Shown here: positions 26,747 to 39,000 of the stretch, piece after piece | Numbering within the stretch: the first letter of the stretch is position 1 | How the letters are laid out: every line of letters begins with the position of its first letter | Assembly: GCF_006345805.1 (NCBI RefSeq) | Contig: NC_043013.1 | Coordinates: forward strand, 27,218,001-27,282,000 | Reading direction: 5' to 3' | DNA: 64,000 nucleotides | Source of the DNA: Octopus sinensis | Taxonomy: Eukaryota | Notes under the pieces: model-generated | The model's database searches: none | What the model saw: the letters and a program-made list of their open reading frames with translations, nothing else | Told to the model about the DNA's origin: nothing | Made by a program: the position numbers and the translations under genes

Positions 26747-26941
26747 TTATTTACATTTGATGGACATTTGTCCTCATCTTGTTTGCTGTTAACACAGCTT
26801 TGAAATTTCCCCAAGCCACCTGATGAAGACTGTAAGGTATATCAGCCGAAACGTTTTGTTAACAACAAACAAGATATGGTCAAATGTCTGTCAAATGTAA
26901 ATAATGTACATAATTTCTCATCTCTTAAATGTAGAACTGTC
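26747..26941 (+). mobile_element. Internally deleted copy of the hammerhead-bearing palindromic element, 12-bp TSD
   Basis: An inverted tail arm (26747-26797) faces a forward arm (26801-26941). TTATGCCAATCA occurs at 26735-26746 and 26942-26953. Confidence 0.85.
26815..26860 (+). ncRNA. Degenerate minimal type I hammerhead ribozyme motif
   Basis: CTGATGA-A-GACTG..CAGCC-GAAAC-GTT; mismatches in stems I and II. Confidence 0.65.
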
Positions 26942-27250
26942 TTATGCCAATCAGTTAAGTAGCCTTTGTTTAGATGTCATCAAGGATATCAATGTATGTA
27001 GCACCACTACCACTAACTTCACCTCTGCAGGTCTGCATCTCCTGGCTCACTGCAGGCCAGTAATACAACAACAACAATATTAATCCTTTCTACTATAGGC
27101 ACAAGGCTTGAAATTTTGTGAGGTGGGGGGGGGGGGCTAATTAATTACATCAATCACAGTGCTTAACTGGTATTTATTTCATCAAGTCAACTTCAATGGA
27201 ATTTGAACTAAGAATATAAAGAGTTGGAATGGTAATTTTTTTTTTTTTAT

Positions 27251-27607
27251 CGAGGTATCATCCTGTCAGGTTGATTGCCCAGGCCAACCTGACTGCCTCT
27301 CTCCGCCCCTCTTGATCTTTCATTAGTGTTTTTAAGTCTTCAAATTGGCATCCAATGTCTTCTGTGGTCTTCCAGCTAATGTGGTACCATGATTTGGTGT
27401 CCACAGCAACACTTTATTCATAAGTTTGTCCTTACTTCTCTAGGCCAGCAAACCTCAATCTCCGCTCTTTGTTGATTTCTTCAAGGCCTTTGGCTCTGTA
27501 CACAGAGACAAAATGGCAGAATTCCTTAAGGCATGTGGAATCCTGATGAAAGAATAAAGGCAAGAATGATGCGGTATAAAAAAACCCAAGCTAAAGTGCG
27601 GTAACCA
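27251..27607. mobile_element. Degenerate RTE-clade LINE fragment: 3' end on minus (27251-27440) plus inverted RT segment on plus (about 27447-27607)
   Basis: Plus strand: FVDFFKAFGSVHRDKMAEFLKACGI. Minus strand: RSKDKLMNKVLLWTPNHG..GRP and, in another frame, EDIGCQFEDLKTLMKDQEGRREAVR..*. Confidence 0.8.
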
Positions 27608-27622
27608 ACATGTTTGTGCAGA

Positions 27623-27656
<34 letters not shown>

Positions 27657-28247
27657 TTCAAATTCCGCTGAGATCGACCTTGCCTTTCATCCTTTCAGGG
27701 CCAATTAAATAAGTACCGGTTACGCACTGGGGTTGATGTAATCAACTTAATCCCTTTGTCTGTCCTTGTTTGTTTCTTTTCTACCAAGGTCAACTTTTCC
27801 TTTCATCCTTTCGGGGTCGATTAAATACATACCAGTTATGCACTGGGGTCAGTGTAATCGACTTAATCCCTTTGTCTGTCCTTGTTTGTCCCCTCTATAT
27901 TTAGCCCCTTGTGGGCAATAAAGAAATAATGATGATGATAATAATAATGGTTTCAAGTTTTGGCACAAGGCCAGCAAGTTCAGGGGTTAGGTAAGTTGAT
28001 TCCATTGACCCCAGTACTCTACTGCTACTCATTTTATTGATCCTGAAAGGACAAAAGGCAAAGTTGACTTCGGTGAAATTTGAACTCAGAATGTAAAGAC
28101 ATGAAATGCTGTTAAGCATTTTGTCTGTCATGTTAACAACTCTGTCAGCTTGCCACCTTAATAATAATGATGATGATGATGGTGGTGGTGATGATGTTCT
28201 GTTTTTTTTTTAACAACTAATTTCCTTGTGTTACCATTCTATTTCAG

Positions 28248-28463
28248 GATAAAAATATGTCTCCTGTCTCATCACAAAACCTGAAGAAAGTTTCTGCTAC
28301 TGATCACCAAATAGATAACACCAAGAAAAAACTCTTAGCTGAACAAATTCGACAGAAAATGAAGTCCATCTTAACTCCACTACAGACGCCTGTTTATAAA
28401 CCTGAATTACACCAACCACGAGCAAAAGGTCGACCTCCAAAACAATTATCAACTGCTGTAATG
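28248..28463 (+). CDS. BAZ2B: BAZ2-like exon (DKNMSPV...RAKGRPPKQLSTAVM) containing an AT-hook; phase 0 to 0
   Basis: Acceptor atttcag|GAT, donor ATG|GTTTGT, 216 nt open frame, KGRPPK AT-hook core. Confidence 0.85.
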
Positions 28464-29847
28464 GTTTGTACTACTTTTCACTTTTTGCTCTATCAAAACC
28501 ATCGTCATGACAATGGTAATGATGATGATAATCATAATCATAATAATCCTTTCTACTGGAAGCACAAGGCCTCAAATTTGGAGAAAGGGATTAAGTTGAT
28601 TACTTTGACCCCAGTGCGTAACTGGTACTTATTTAATCGACCCTGAAAGGATGAAAGGCAAAGTTGACCTTGGCAAAATTTGAACTCAGAACCTGAAGTC
28701 AAGGCAAAATACCACTAAGCATTTCACCTGGCATGCTAACAATTCTGCCAGCTCTCTGCTCTAATAATAATAATAATGATAATGATCTTGGTCTAAAAGA
28801 TGGGCTACAGCAAACATTTTGCTCAATACCACAGATTTGCTTGTCAACTGTTTGACCTTAACCAGTTGAGCATGTCCCTTAGTAGCTGACGATATGTGCA
28901 TCTCTGAACAGAAGTAGTGGGGGAGCATCATAGCCATGTGTTGAGAGGAATTCTTTGGTGGTTTAGATAATTCACCTTTGGAAACATGGGTGTTTTGTTC
29001 ATCATCCTTAAATAAACCTTATTCAGGAACCTTTTGAGCAGGATAGGTTACTCATCATAATCATCATCGTCGTCGTCTGTCTTCCATGCATGCATAAGTA
29101 AGGATGGTTGATAGGAGTTGGCCAGGCAGAAGACTACCCCAGGCTGCTGTGTTCCGTTTTGGCAGGGTTTTTACATTTGGATGCCCTTCCTAACACCAAC
29201 CACTCTGCAGAGTGGACTGAGTGCTTTTTACCTGTAAAGCAGCTGAAGGTACTTGTAGCAGAGGAAGAAATTGTGGAATGTGGTCTCAAGATGCTGAGTT
29301 TTATGAACAAAATGACAAGCAATGTGTGGTGCAACCCTCGACAAAAATTAATGATAATAATAATCCTTTCTATTATAGGCACAAGGCTAATTGATACTTA
29401 TTTTATCGATCCTGATAGGATGAAAGGCAAAGTTGAACTCAGAGTATAAAGATGGGCGAAATGCTGCTAAGCATTTTGTCTGACATACTAACAATTTTGC
29501 CAGCTTGCTACAAGTGGCTGTTCTAGTGCATCTCCCTCACCATCTGCCATCCTCTGAGGCAATGCCTCTTTCAGTTTGTCTGCCAGGACCATGAGGCAGA
29601 CTGACAAATCAGGTCTTTTAAATTTAAGGTCTATTAGCTCAACATTCTACCCTATTAGATAAATAAATAATCACAGTTTAATGCAAAGCTCTTTATAATA
29701 ATAAAAGTTTTTAATTTAAGTATAAAGCTAGCAATTTTGAGAGCCGCAGATCCCATTGACCCCCTGTACTTGTCTGGTACTTTTGTTATCGACCCTAAAA
29801 GGAGTTTAAAGAAAAAAATTATTTTGTTTTAATGATTTATTTTACAG

Positions 29848-30003
29848 GATATGAGAGAAACAAATTCCGAAGATAAACCATTACAGTTGGTTAAAAAATC
29901 AGTTCATCACAACAATGAAGAACTATCAATGTATCGGCCACTTGATCTGAAAACCCCCATCTCTTCATCTGCTCATGTTCCTGGTGTCAAAAATAAATCA
30001 GAG
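29848..30003 (+). CDS. BAZ2B: BAZ2-like exon (DMRETNSEDKPLQLVKK...RPLDLKTP...KNKSE); phase 0 to 0
   Basis: Acceptor tttacag|GAT, donor GAG|GTTTGT, 156 nt open frame (absent from the ORF track). Confidence 0.85.
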
Positions 30004-31119
30004 GTTTGTATGACCACTTGATCCTTTTTCAAAGGCTATTGCTCAGTGTATCTTATACTCATTTTAGTCATTGGACTGCAGCCATGTGGGGGTACCACAT
30101 TGAATAGTTTAGCCGAGCAAATTGGCCCAAGTATTTGTTTGTTTTAAATCAGGTTTTTATTCTATCTGTCTCTTTTGCTGAATTACTGTTAAGGGGATAT
30201 AAACAAAACTAACACTGATCATCAAGCAGTGATGAGGAAAAAATACGGACATACACACGTATATACATTTCTACATATATATATATAGAGAGAGAGAGAG
30301 ATGTGTGTATGTGTATAACAGGCTTCCACCAGTTTTCATTTACTAAATTCACTCACAAGACTTCAGTTGGCCCAAGTCTTTAGTAGAAGACACTTGTTCC
30401 AGGTGCTATGCTGTGGGATTGAACCTGAATCGATATGGTTGCAAAGGGAGCTTCTTAACCACAAAGCCATGCCATTTTACTCTTTTATTGTATGCGTTCA
30501 CTGTATAACCAGACACAGCTCTGTCAACTTTCAAGTGTCTTCTACTGTACCACTGAGCCAACCAATGCTTTGTGAGTGGATCTGATAGATGGAAATTGTG
30601 TGGAAGCCTGTCATGTGGTGGGTGTCTTTGTGTTTCTATTTGTCCACCCGACCACTTGATAATTGGTGTTGTTTTGTTTACAGGCCCCATAACTTTGTGG
30701 TTCAGCAAAAGTGATCAATAAAATAAATACCAGGCTTAAAAATATAACTACTTGGGTCATCTTATTCAACTAAGCCCATCAGGGTGGTACCCCAGCATGG
30801 CTACAATCCAATGACTAAAATTGAGACATCAATATTTTACAAAGAAAAAAAGAAAAGGACTTTGCCAGTGGCACATAAAAAGCACCATCCAAACATGATC
30901 GGTGCCAGGTCCACCTGACTGGTGTTAGGAAGAGCATCCAGCTGTAGAAACTGTGCCAGATCAGATTGGAGCCTGATGCTGCCGTTGGCTCTCCAGACCT
31001 CAGTCAAACCATCCAACCCATGCCAGCATGGAAAACGGATGTTAAACGATGATGACGATGTATTTAACAAATATATTTTTATGTAAATATTATTTAGTTT
31101 CTTTCATTTTATTTTCCAG

Positions 31120-31264
31120 AATGGTGACTCTAAAAGTAGTTTATTGTCTAGTAGTTACTCAGCTAACGGCCAAAACGATTCTGTCATCACCAAATACAAA
31201 TTGATGAGTGATAAAAACAGTTCCAATAGTAGCAGTTCTGATGAGGATTCTGATTCTGGTTCAG
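31120..31264 (+). CDS. BAZ2B: BAZ2-like exon (NGDSKSS...SSSSDEDSDSGS); phase 0 to 1
   Basis: Acceptor attttccag|AAT, donor TCAG|GTATGT, 145 nt, acidic Ser-rich tract as in BAZ2B. Confidence 0.88.
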
Positions 31265-33229
31265 GTATGTATCACATCATTCCATCATCATTTTTGTGGT
31301 GGTTCTTTTTTTTCTTTCTTTTACCTTACACACCTGTGTTTGCCTCCCACCTCATCTCAAATCCTGTTACTGCACATCTTTATTATCTGGTACATGATGT
31401 ACAGTAAGAGGAAGTTACCAAGTTTTTTTGTTTTTTTAATTTTTTTTTTGCATGGGTTTTACTGGATGGCCTTACTGTCACCAACATACTTCACTGTGTG
31501 AATTGGGTGCATTTTTATTGTCACCAGCACTAGAGAAAGATTGTGTGTGTCAGGACTAAGGGGCTGCTTGCTACTTTGTAGATGTTTTTAGCCAGGATTA
31601 CTGATCTCCTAAACAAACTGCCTCTGTGGCTGCTTGTCTCTTTCATGTAATTTGTTCTTGCAAAATCCCTTCATCTGTTGCCCTTGTGGCAAATATAAGA
31701 AGAGGATCCATGTCTCTTCCATTCAATCTTTCTCTCTTTTAACATCCAGTTGTAATCACTTTACCACATGAATTGGGTACATTTTATCATGCTTCTAACA
31801 CTAGAGAGAGAGAGAGATCATTCACAGCTGGACAATAGTATCCTTTATCTTATATCAGTGTATATATTCAGAGTTCCTGCTCTCCTAAACTGCTGTCACA
31901 GCAACTTGTTTTAAAGTGTTTGCATTAAAATGTAATCAGGATTTTGTGCAAGAAACTTTTGTTGTGTTCCAAACACCAGCTTATTAATAACAACGTTATA
32001 TTATTAAATCCATCCAAGTTTCTGACTTGATTTTTTTTTTTTTTAATCTAAATTCGTTATAGGCACAGGCATGGCTGTGTGGTAAGAAGCTTGCTTCCCA
32101 ACCACATGGTTCTGGGTTCAGTCCCACTGTGTAACACCTTGGACGAGTGTCTTCTACTATAGCTTTGGGCTGACCAAAGTGTTGTGAATGGATTTGGTAG
32201 GTGGAAACTGAAAGAAGCCCATTGTATATATGTATATGTGTATATATATATATATGTATGTATATATATATATATACATACTAGCTTAAAAGTTGCTTTA
32301 GCGGGCGGCTTTTAAGCTAGCTCCTGTGAAGGGCTCTTCATTGGGCCTTGAGCCCAACAATGACACTTCACGCATTGAGTACATGTTTTATTAAACTTGA
32401 CCAATAGTTTTCAAGCAAAGAACAGTTTTCATCAGAACAATGATATAATTTGTCGACTTGGAACTTATTGCAAAGTTGCATAATAAACAGCATTTTTTGT
32501 CTTCCCATTCAGGGGTCAGTACAATTTCTTTTCTATCTAACCTTTTCTTTCTCTCTCTCTCTCTTTCTGTTGACTGTTTTCAACCATCACCATTGCCACC
32601 ACAACTACCATACATACACACCATTCAAACTCCTGATGCCACCATCATCAATACCTTTGACTTCACCGTCTTCTCCTCCACAACCCCGTTACCATCACGA
32701 CCATCAGTCTACTACCACCCTCACCATCTCTATGCCTACTATTACTCTCATCCCAACATGAGGAATAATAGAAGTGTCATTGAATAGTGAGAGAGGGGGT
32801 CAAAGTGTGACACACTAGCACACAGAAATTCATTTTGGCATATAAATATATATATATATATATATATGTATGTATATGTGTCTGTGTTTGTCCCCACTAC
32901 CATTGCTTGACAACCAATATTGATATTAACTTAGTGGTATGGCAAAAGAGCCCAATAGAATAAGTACTAGGCTTACAAAAAATAAGTGCTGGGGTTGATT
33001 TGTTTGGCTAAAAGGCAAGTGCTCCAGCATGGTCACGGTTAAATAACTGAAACAAGTAAAAGGATATCATTAATGATATCATCACAAAAGTTTTAATGTG
33101 TGTGTATATGATATTAAATGAAAAATATATTGCAACATTTGTGTACATAATAAATGACTGGGTTTCTTTTTTTCTTTTTTTCTTTTTTTTTTTTCTTTTT
33201 TTTTTCTCTCTTCTCTCCCCTAATTGCAG

Positions 33230-33382
33230 AAAGTGACAGTTCCGATAGTTCAGACAGTGGATCTTGTTCAGACAGTATGGAATCAGATGATGATCAATCA
33301 ACCCGTGACAGTGAAAATAGTTCAACATCCTTTACTACAGGAGACAAAAGAACTGCTGATATTAGTGGGAATGGCTCTGGAA
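33230..33382 (+). CDS. BAZ2B: BAZ2-like exon (ESDSSDSSDSGSCSDSMESDDD...SGNGSG); phase 1 to 1
   Basis: Long polypyrimidine tract with ttgcag|AA, donor GGAA|GTAAGT, 153 nt, Ser/Asp tract. Confidence 0.9.
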
Positions 33383-35469
33383 GTAAGTATAGCTTCAACT
33401 CAAGAATATGGACTTTATCATCATCATCATCATCATCATATCTAAATGTTATTAAACCAGCATCATTTGGGTTTTTGTTTTAATGATTTAGCATTCAGAT
33501 TACCCTGTCAACTATAATACTTATTTATTCGCAATCTTTTGAATTAATCATGCATTATCTCTTAGCTTAAAGATTTCAATGATGTGACTGTTTGTTTTTA
33601 GAAGGACATTATAGGGTAGGTGTGAGGAGCCGGATCTGACCATTTAAATGCTAATGGGGTAACACTGATTTCATTATTTCTTTGATATATTTCACTGTGT
33701 GTTAACATGAAAATATATAAAAATTGAGTTTGTTTAGTTTGCAGTATACTGTATAACAATTTGTCTCTGTGTACCTGTGTATGTAAGAGCAATATCTGTG
33801 TATAGTTTGTACACTCAAGGAGGGCCCAATAAGGCAGTACAGTGTACAGAAAAACACATAAATGTACACATGTATGTATATAAAGGAAAATAAAAATGGA
33901 ACATGGAAACAATTAATAGAAGAGGACAACGGACAAATTAACATGGAAATCCCCTCATCAGCCATGGAGACCAGACTCATTATAGTTTCAGCATTTTAAA
34001 ACTTGAAAACATTAAATTCCATGGCATTTGCACCTCTGATTATGCCAGCGGTACAGGGAGTGTCACTGATGTTGATGTGATACAATGAAGGCAACAATGT
34101 ACAAAGGAGGCAGAAGACTATCAACAGAAACAATGAATACAAACACAAGAGATTTAAAAATTAAAAATGAATGTATATGCACACACACACACACACATTA
34201 TAGTCTTTCAATGGTGTATCAGAAAAACTCATCCAGTTCAATGTAAACCTTAAACTGTCCAGCAAATAACTAGTATTTAGAATTCCTTGTGTATTCTTGA
34301 TTGTGTATTGTAATTGTATCCTTTGTTATAAAACCTAAGTTTCAGTGTTACATGGAGAATATGTAGAAATGGAAACAAAACAAGACTTGACATGAGAGAT
34401 CATGTTTTGTTTGAGTTTTGTACACACACACATACATGTTTCAACCATTACCTCTTTCTTGGCAAGGTAATATGTCTCCATGGCCTGACATATTTTCACA
34501 GAATATTCTAAATAAACAACATTCGTTTACAATAATCACATATCAAAACAAGAAAACACAAACACACACATGCATACATACATGAATATATGGCATACTT
34601 CTTTCGGTTTCCATCTACCAGATCCACACAGAAGGCTTTAATCAGCTCAGGGTTATAGTAGAAGAAATTTGCCCGAGCTGCCACACAATGAGACTGAACC
34701 TGAAACCATGTGACTTGGAAGCAAATATCTTAACCACATGACCTCTAACTATAAAATGGCATTGAAGAACTTTGTTTTTCGAGAAGCTGTAACACTCATT
34801 ATTGTGCATGTGTGATGTAACTTTCAGTATATTTGATTAACTGGTGAATGTCACAAAGTGAAGCATAAGCCCTCAGATAGTTAATTAAGATCATTACACA
34901 GTTCCAAATGTTTCATAAATCCAGATTATTTCACTGAAACTTCAAAGGCTGTTGGAAAAATCTTGAATGTTGCAAGATCTACTTTCCTTTCACTTTAAAA
35001 GTTGTCATGTGTTTTGGTGTCTTGAAGTGCCCAGTCAAAAGAAACTAACTTTTTAATTAATTAATCCCATAGCATCAAGATTACTCTGTTAAATATAATG
35101 CTTATTTCCTTTTAGGTGTGTGGGGCCAGATCTGGTCAATTTGAGCATGAAACGGGTAGAATATTTGGGTTGGATATGGCCAGTTCAGATGCTAATGGTT
35201 TAACCTTTAAGCATTTAAAGCAGCCATATCTGGCCTAAATATTCTATATGCTTTATGTTCAAACTGGCCAGATCTGGCCTTTTACACCTACCCTCTAATG
35301 TCATTCTAAAAATAAACAATCACATCTTCAAAATCCCAAAGCTATTAGATAATACATGATTAATTCAAAGCCATGTGAATGCATAACCATTGCATTCAGC
35401 AGATTAATCTGAATGCTAAAGTTTTAAAGAGTTTAAAAATTGGATTTTTTTTTTTTTTTTTACCTGCAG

Positions 35470-35648
35470 CATCTGCTCCTGTGAAGAAACGCCGTGTCAT
35501 AGATGAAAAGGAGTTACGGATTCCTCTAGAACACAGTTGGCAACGACAAACCAAAATTAGGGGTATTGGAAAACGTGGTATCATTGGAGAAGTCATGTAC
35601 CATGCTCCATGTGGTAAAAAGCTTCGTACTTATTCAGATGTGATGAGG
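35470..35648 (+). CDS. BAZ2B: BAZ2-like exon, MBD/TAM domain N-half (TSAPVKKRRVIDEKELRIPLEHSWQRQTKIR...YHAPCGKKLRTYSDVMR); phase 1 to 0
   Basis: Closely resembles BAZ2B KRRRVTDERELRIPLEYGWQRETRIR...YYAPCGKKLR (recalled). Acceptor cctgcag|CA, donor AGG|GTAAGT. Confidence 0.96.
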
Positions 35649-36242
35649 GTAAGTTTTTTTAAGAGAAATAATATTATCCATGGGAATGATCTATGATGAC
35701 TGCAGCTAAGTAAATCCTGTCGGATATTATACTAGGAAGCATAAAGTCACTGATTCATGTCACATCACTGACATTAATTTGTGTTTAAGGTCAAGACAAT
35801 TCACAACAGAATCATTCTAGCAAAGTGTGAATATATGACTAGTTGTTGTGTGTTAGTATATACTGTGTCTTGTCTGTGTATAGTGTACAGTATGTCTTGT
35901 CTTGATGCAAGCACAGGTGCATAAGGTACAAAAAAAAACCACCACAAAAACCGTGATGGATTGATGTTACATACCTGAATTAGAATCTGATTGTATTTAA
36001 TGATGAGTGCACAATATTAATCTAAAACACCTGGCAGCAAAGTAATGAGAACTTACCAAACTTAACAGAACTTGACTAATTTGGTGGTTTACTGAATCAA
36101 GACTAAATTCTTTCACTCAACAATAAAATCAATTACCTGAAAGTTAGCCATAGGAGGAAAGACAATGTCTAAATCCTTAGGTATTTATCATTTTTGTTTT
36201 AATTGTAGTTAATTCTCTGCTTTCTTTCTATTTCGGTGACAG

Positions 36243-36344
36243 TATCTAGAGAAAAATGGTATCACAGATTTGTGCAAAGAGAACTTTTCCTTCAGCACTA
36301 AAGCTCCCATTGGTGAATTTTTTGAACAGCGACATGGTGAAAAT
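36243..36344 (+). CDS. BAZ2B: BAZ2-like exon, MBD/TAM domain C-half (YLEKNGITDLCKENFSFSTKAPIGEFFEQRHGEN); phase 0 to 0
   Basis: Resembles BAZ2B YLSRNGIMDISRDNFSFSAKIRVGDFYE (recalled). Acceptor gacag|TAT, donor AAT|GTAAGA, 102 nt. Confidence 0.96.
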
Positions 36345-39000
36345 GTAAGAAGTCTTATTGCTTATCTTAACTTCTTTCTATTTTAGCACATTGTATTTTG
36401 TAGACACAAGCTTGGTTGTGTGATAAGAGGCTTGCTTCCCAACACATGGTTCTGAGTTCACTCCCACTGTGTGGCGCCTTGAGCAAGTGTATTTTTACTA
36501 TAGTCTTGAACCAACCAAAACCTTGTGAATGGATTTGGTAGATGGAAACTGAAAAAAGCCTATCATATATGTATGCATGTGTGCATGCGTATCTTTGTGT
36601 TTGACTCCCATCATCACTTGACAGCCAGTGTTAGATGTATTTAGAATAAGTGCTAGGCTTTAAAAATAAGTACCAGGGATGATTCATTTGACTAAAAATT
36701 ATTGAAGGCAATGCTCCAGCATGGCCATAACCCTAATGGTTGAAACAAGTAAGAGATACATTGAACATATCAACATATTAAATATGCATGAAATCTTTTA
36801 TCTTTTACTTGTTCCCATCATTGGACTGTGGCCATGCTGGAACACTGCCTTGAAGAGTTTTAGTCAAACAAATTGGCCCCCAGCTTTTATTTTTAAGTCT
36901 GGTATTTATTCTGTCAGTCTCTTTTGCTGAACCACTAAGTTTCAGGGACATAAAGAAACCAACACTGGTTGTCAGAGTGAATAGGATGCAAACGCAAAGA
37001 CACACACGCGCACACACACCAGTATGGTGCAGGAATGTTAAATGATGGTGATGATATAATGGGTTTTCACACAGTTTTGGTCAGCAAATTTACTCATAAG
37101 GCATTGGCTTGTTTGGGGCTCTCGCAGAAGACATTTATCCAGGATGGAACTGAACCGGAAACCACATACTTACAAAGCAAGCTTCATGACCACATAGCCA
37201 TGCCCACGCCTATAAAATGAAGAACTGCTAAATAACATTTCAAGTTTTTGCTATTAGTTGATTCAGAACAAAATTAAAGACTTTTTTTTTTTTAAATACC
37301 CACTTTTCCATGATTGCATCGGTCAGACAGAATTTGTGGAGGCACAATTTAGATGCCCTTCCTGTCACCAACCCTCACTCATTTCCAAGTATGGTTATAT
37401 TTCCCTGTGGCCAGACATGTTTCCACAGAATGCTGGAAACAAAGGACACCACTTGAATGACAGTGGCACTTGTTTACAGCTATTACATATTGCTGAGACA
37501 ATAAAACACAAATACACATACACACACAATGGGCTTCTTTCAGTTTCTATCTACCAAATCCATTCATAAGGCTTTGGTTGACCTGGAGCCACAGTGGAAA
37601 ACCCTTGCCCAAGGTTGCCATGCAGTTGGATTGAACCCAAAACTACATGATTGGAGACTGAACTTCTTAGCCACATACAGCCATGCCTTTGCCTACATAC
37701 TTGTGTTTCTTATATTGTGAATATAAAAGTCAAGTGAGCTGGCGGAATCATTAGCATGCTGGACAAAATGCTTACCAGCATTTCATTCATCTTTACATTG
37801 CAAGTTCAAATTCTGCCACGGTCGACTTTGCCTGTCATCCTTTTGGGATCAATAAAATTAGTACCAGTTACGCACTGGGATCGATGTAATCAATTTAATC
37901 CCTTCCCCAAAATTTGAGGCCTTGTGCTTCCAGTAGAAAGGATTATTATTATTATCATCATCATCAAGACAGCAAGCTGGCAGAATCGTTAGCATGCTGG
38001 GCGAAATGCTTAGCAGCATTTCATCCATCTTTACATTGCAAGTTCAAATTCCACCCAGGTTGACTTTGCGTTTCATCCTTTCGGAGTCGATGAAATAAGT
38101 ACCAGTGAAATACTGGGGTGAATGTAATCGACTAGTCTCCTCCCTCAGAATTTCAGACCTTGTGCCTTTAGTAGAAAGGATTATTATTTATTATTAAGGT
38201 GGCATGCTGGCAGACTTGTTAGCATGCCAGACAAAATGCTTGGTGGCATTTCATCTGTCTTCATGTTCTGAGTTCAGATTTCCACGAAGGTCAACTTTGC
38301 TTTCCTTCCTTTTGTGGGGGGAAGGGGTCGATAAAGTAAGTATCAGTCGAGTACTGGGGTCAATATCATTGCCTAAACCCCCTCCAAAATTGCTGGCCTT
38401 GTGCCAAAATTTGAAGCAATTGTAATCTAAATATGTATGTAACCAAAACTAAATTACATTTTATATAAAGTGCATTACTCTTTTACTTGTTTCAGTCATT
38501 TGACTGTGGCATGCTGGAGCACCGCTTTTTAGTCAAGCAAATCGACCCCAGGACTTATTTTTTGTAAGCCTAGTACTTATTCTATCGGTCTCTTTAGCCG
38601 AACCGCTAAGTTACAGGGACGAAAACACACCCCCATCGGTTGTCAAGCGATGTTGGGCAGACAAACACAGACACACATACATATATATGATGGGCTTCTT
38701 TCAGTTTCCATCTACCAAATCCACTCACAAGGCTTTGGTCGGCCTGAGGCTATAGTGGAAGACACTTGCCCAAGATGCTACGCAGTGGGAATGAACCTGG
38801 AACCATGTGGTTAGTAAGCAAGCTACTTACCACACAGCCACGTTTTAATTGAACTATATTTGTATTGAATGTCATGTGTTTTGAAGATGTATATTGGTAT
38901 TGAATGCATGTAGAATGTATATTCTTTGAAGATAGATTCAAGAAAAAACTCAGTTTTAAATTATTTATTATTGAAAATGTTCAACCACGTCTTGTTTCAG

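Noticed and set aside
37728-38420. Regularly spaced repeats superficially like a CRISPR array
   Set aside because: The units are about 220-bp SINEs in a spliced eukaryotic gene, with no unique spacers and no cas genes.
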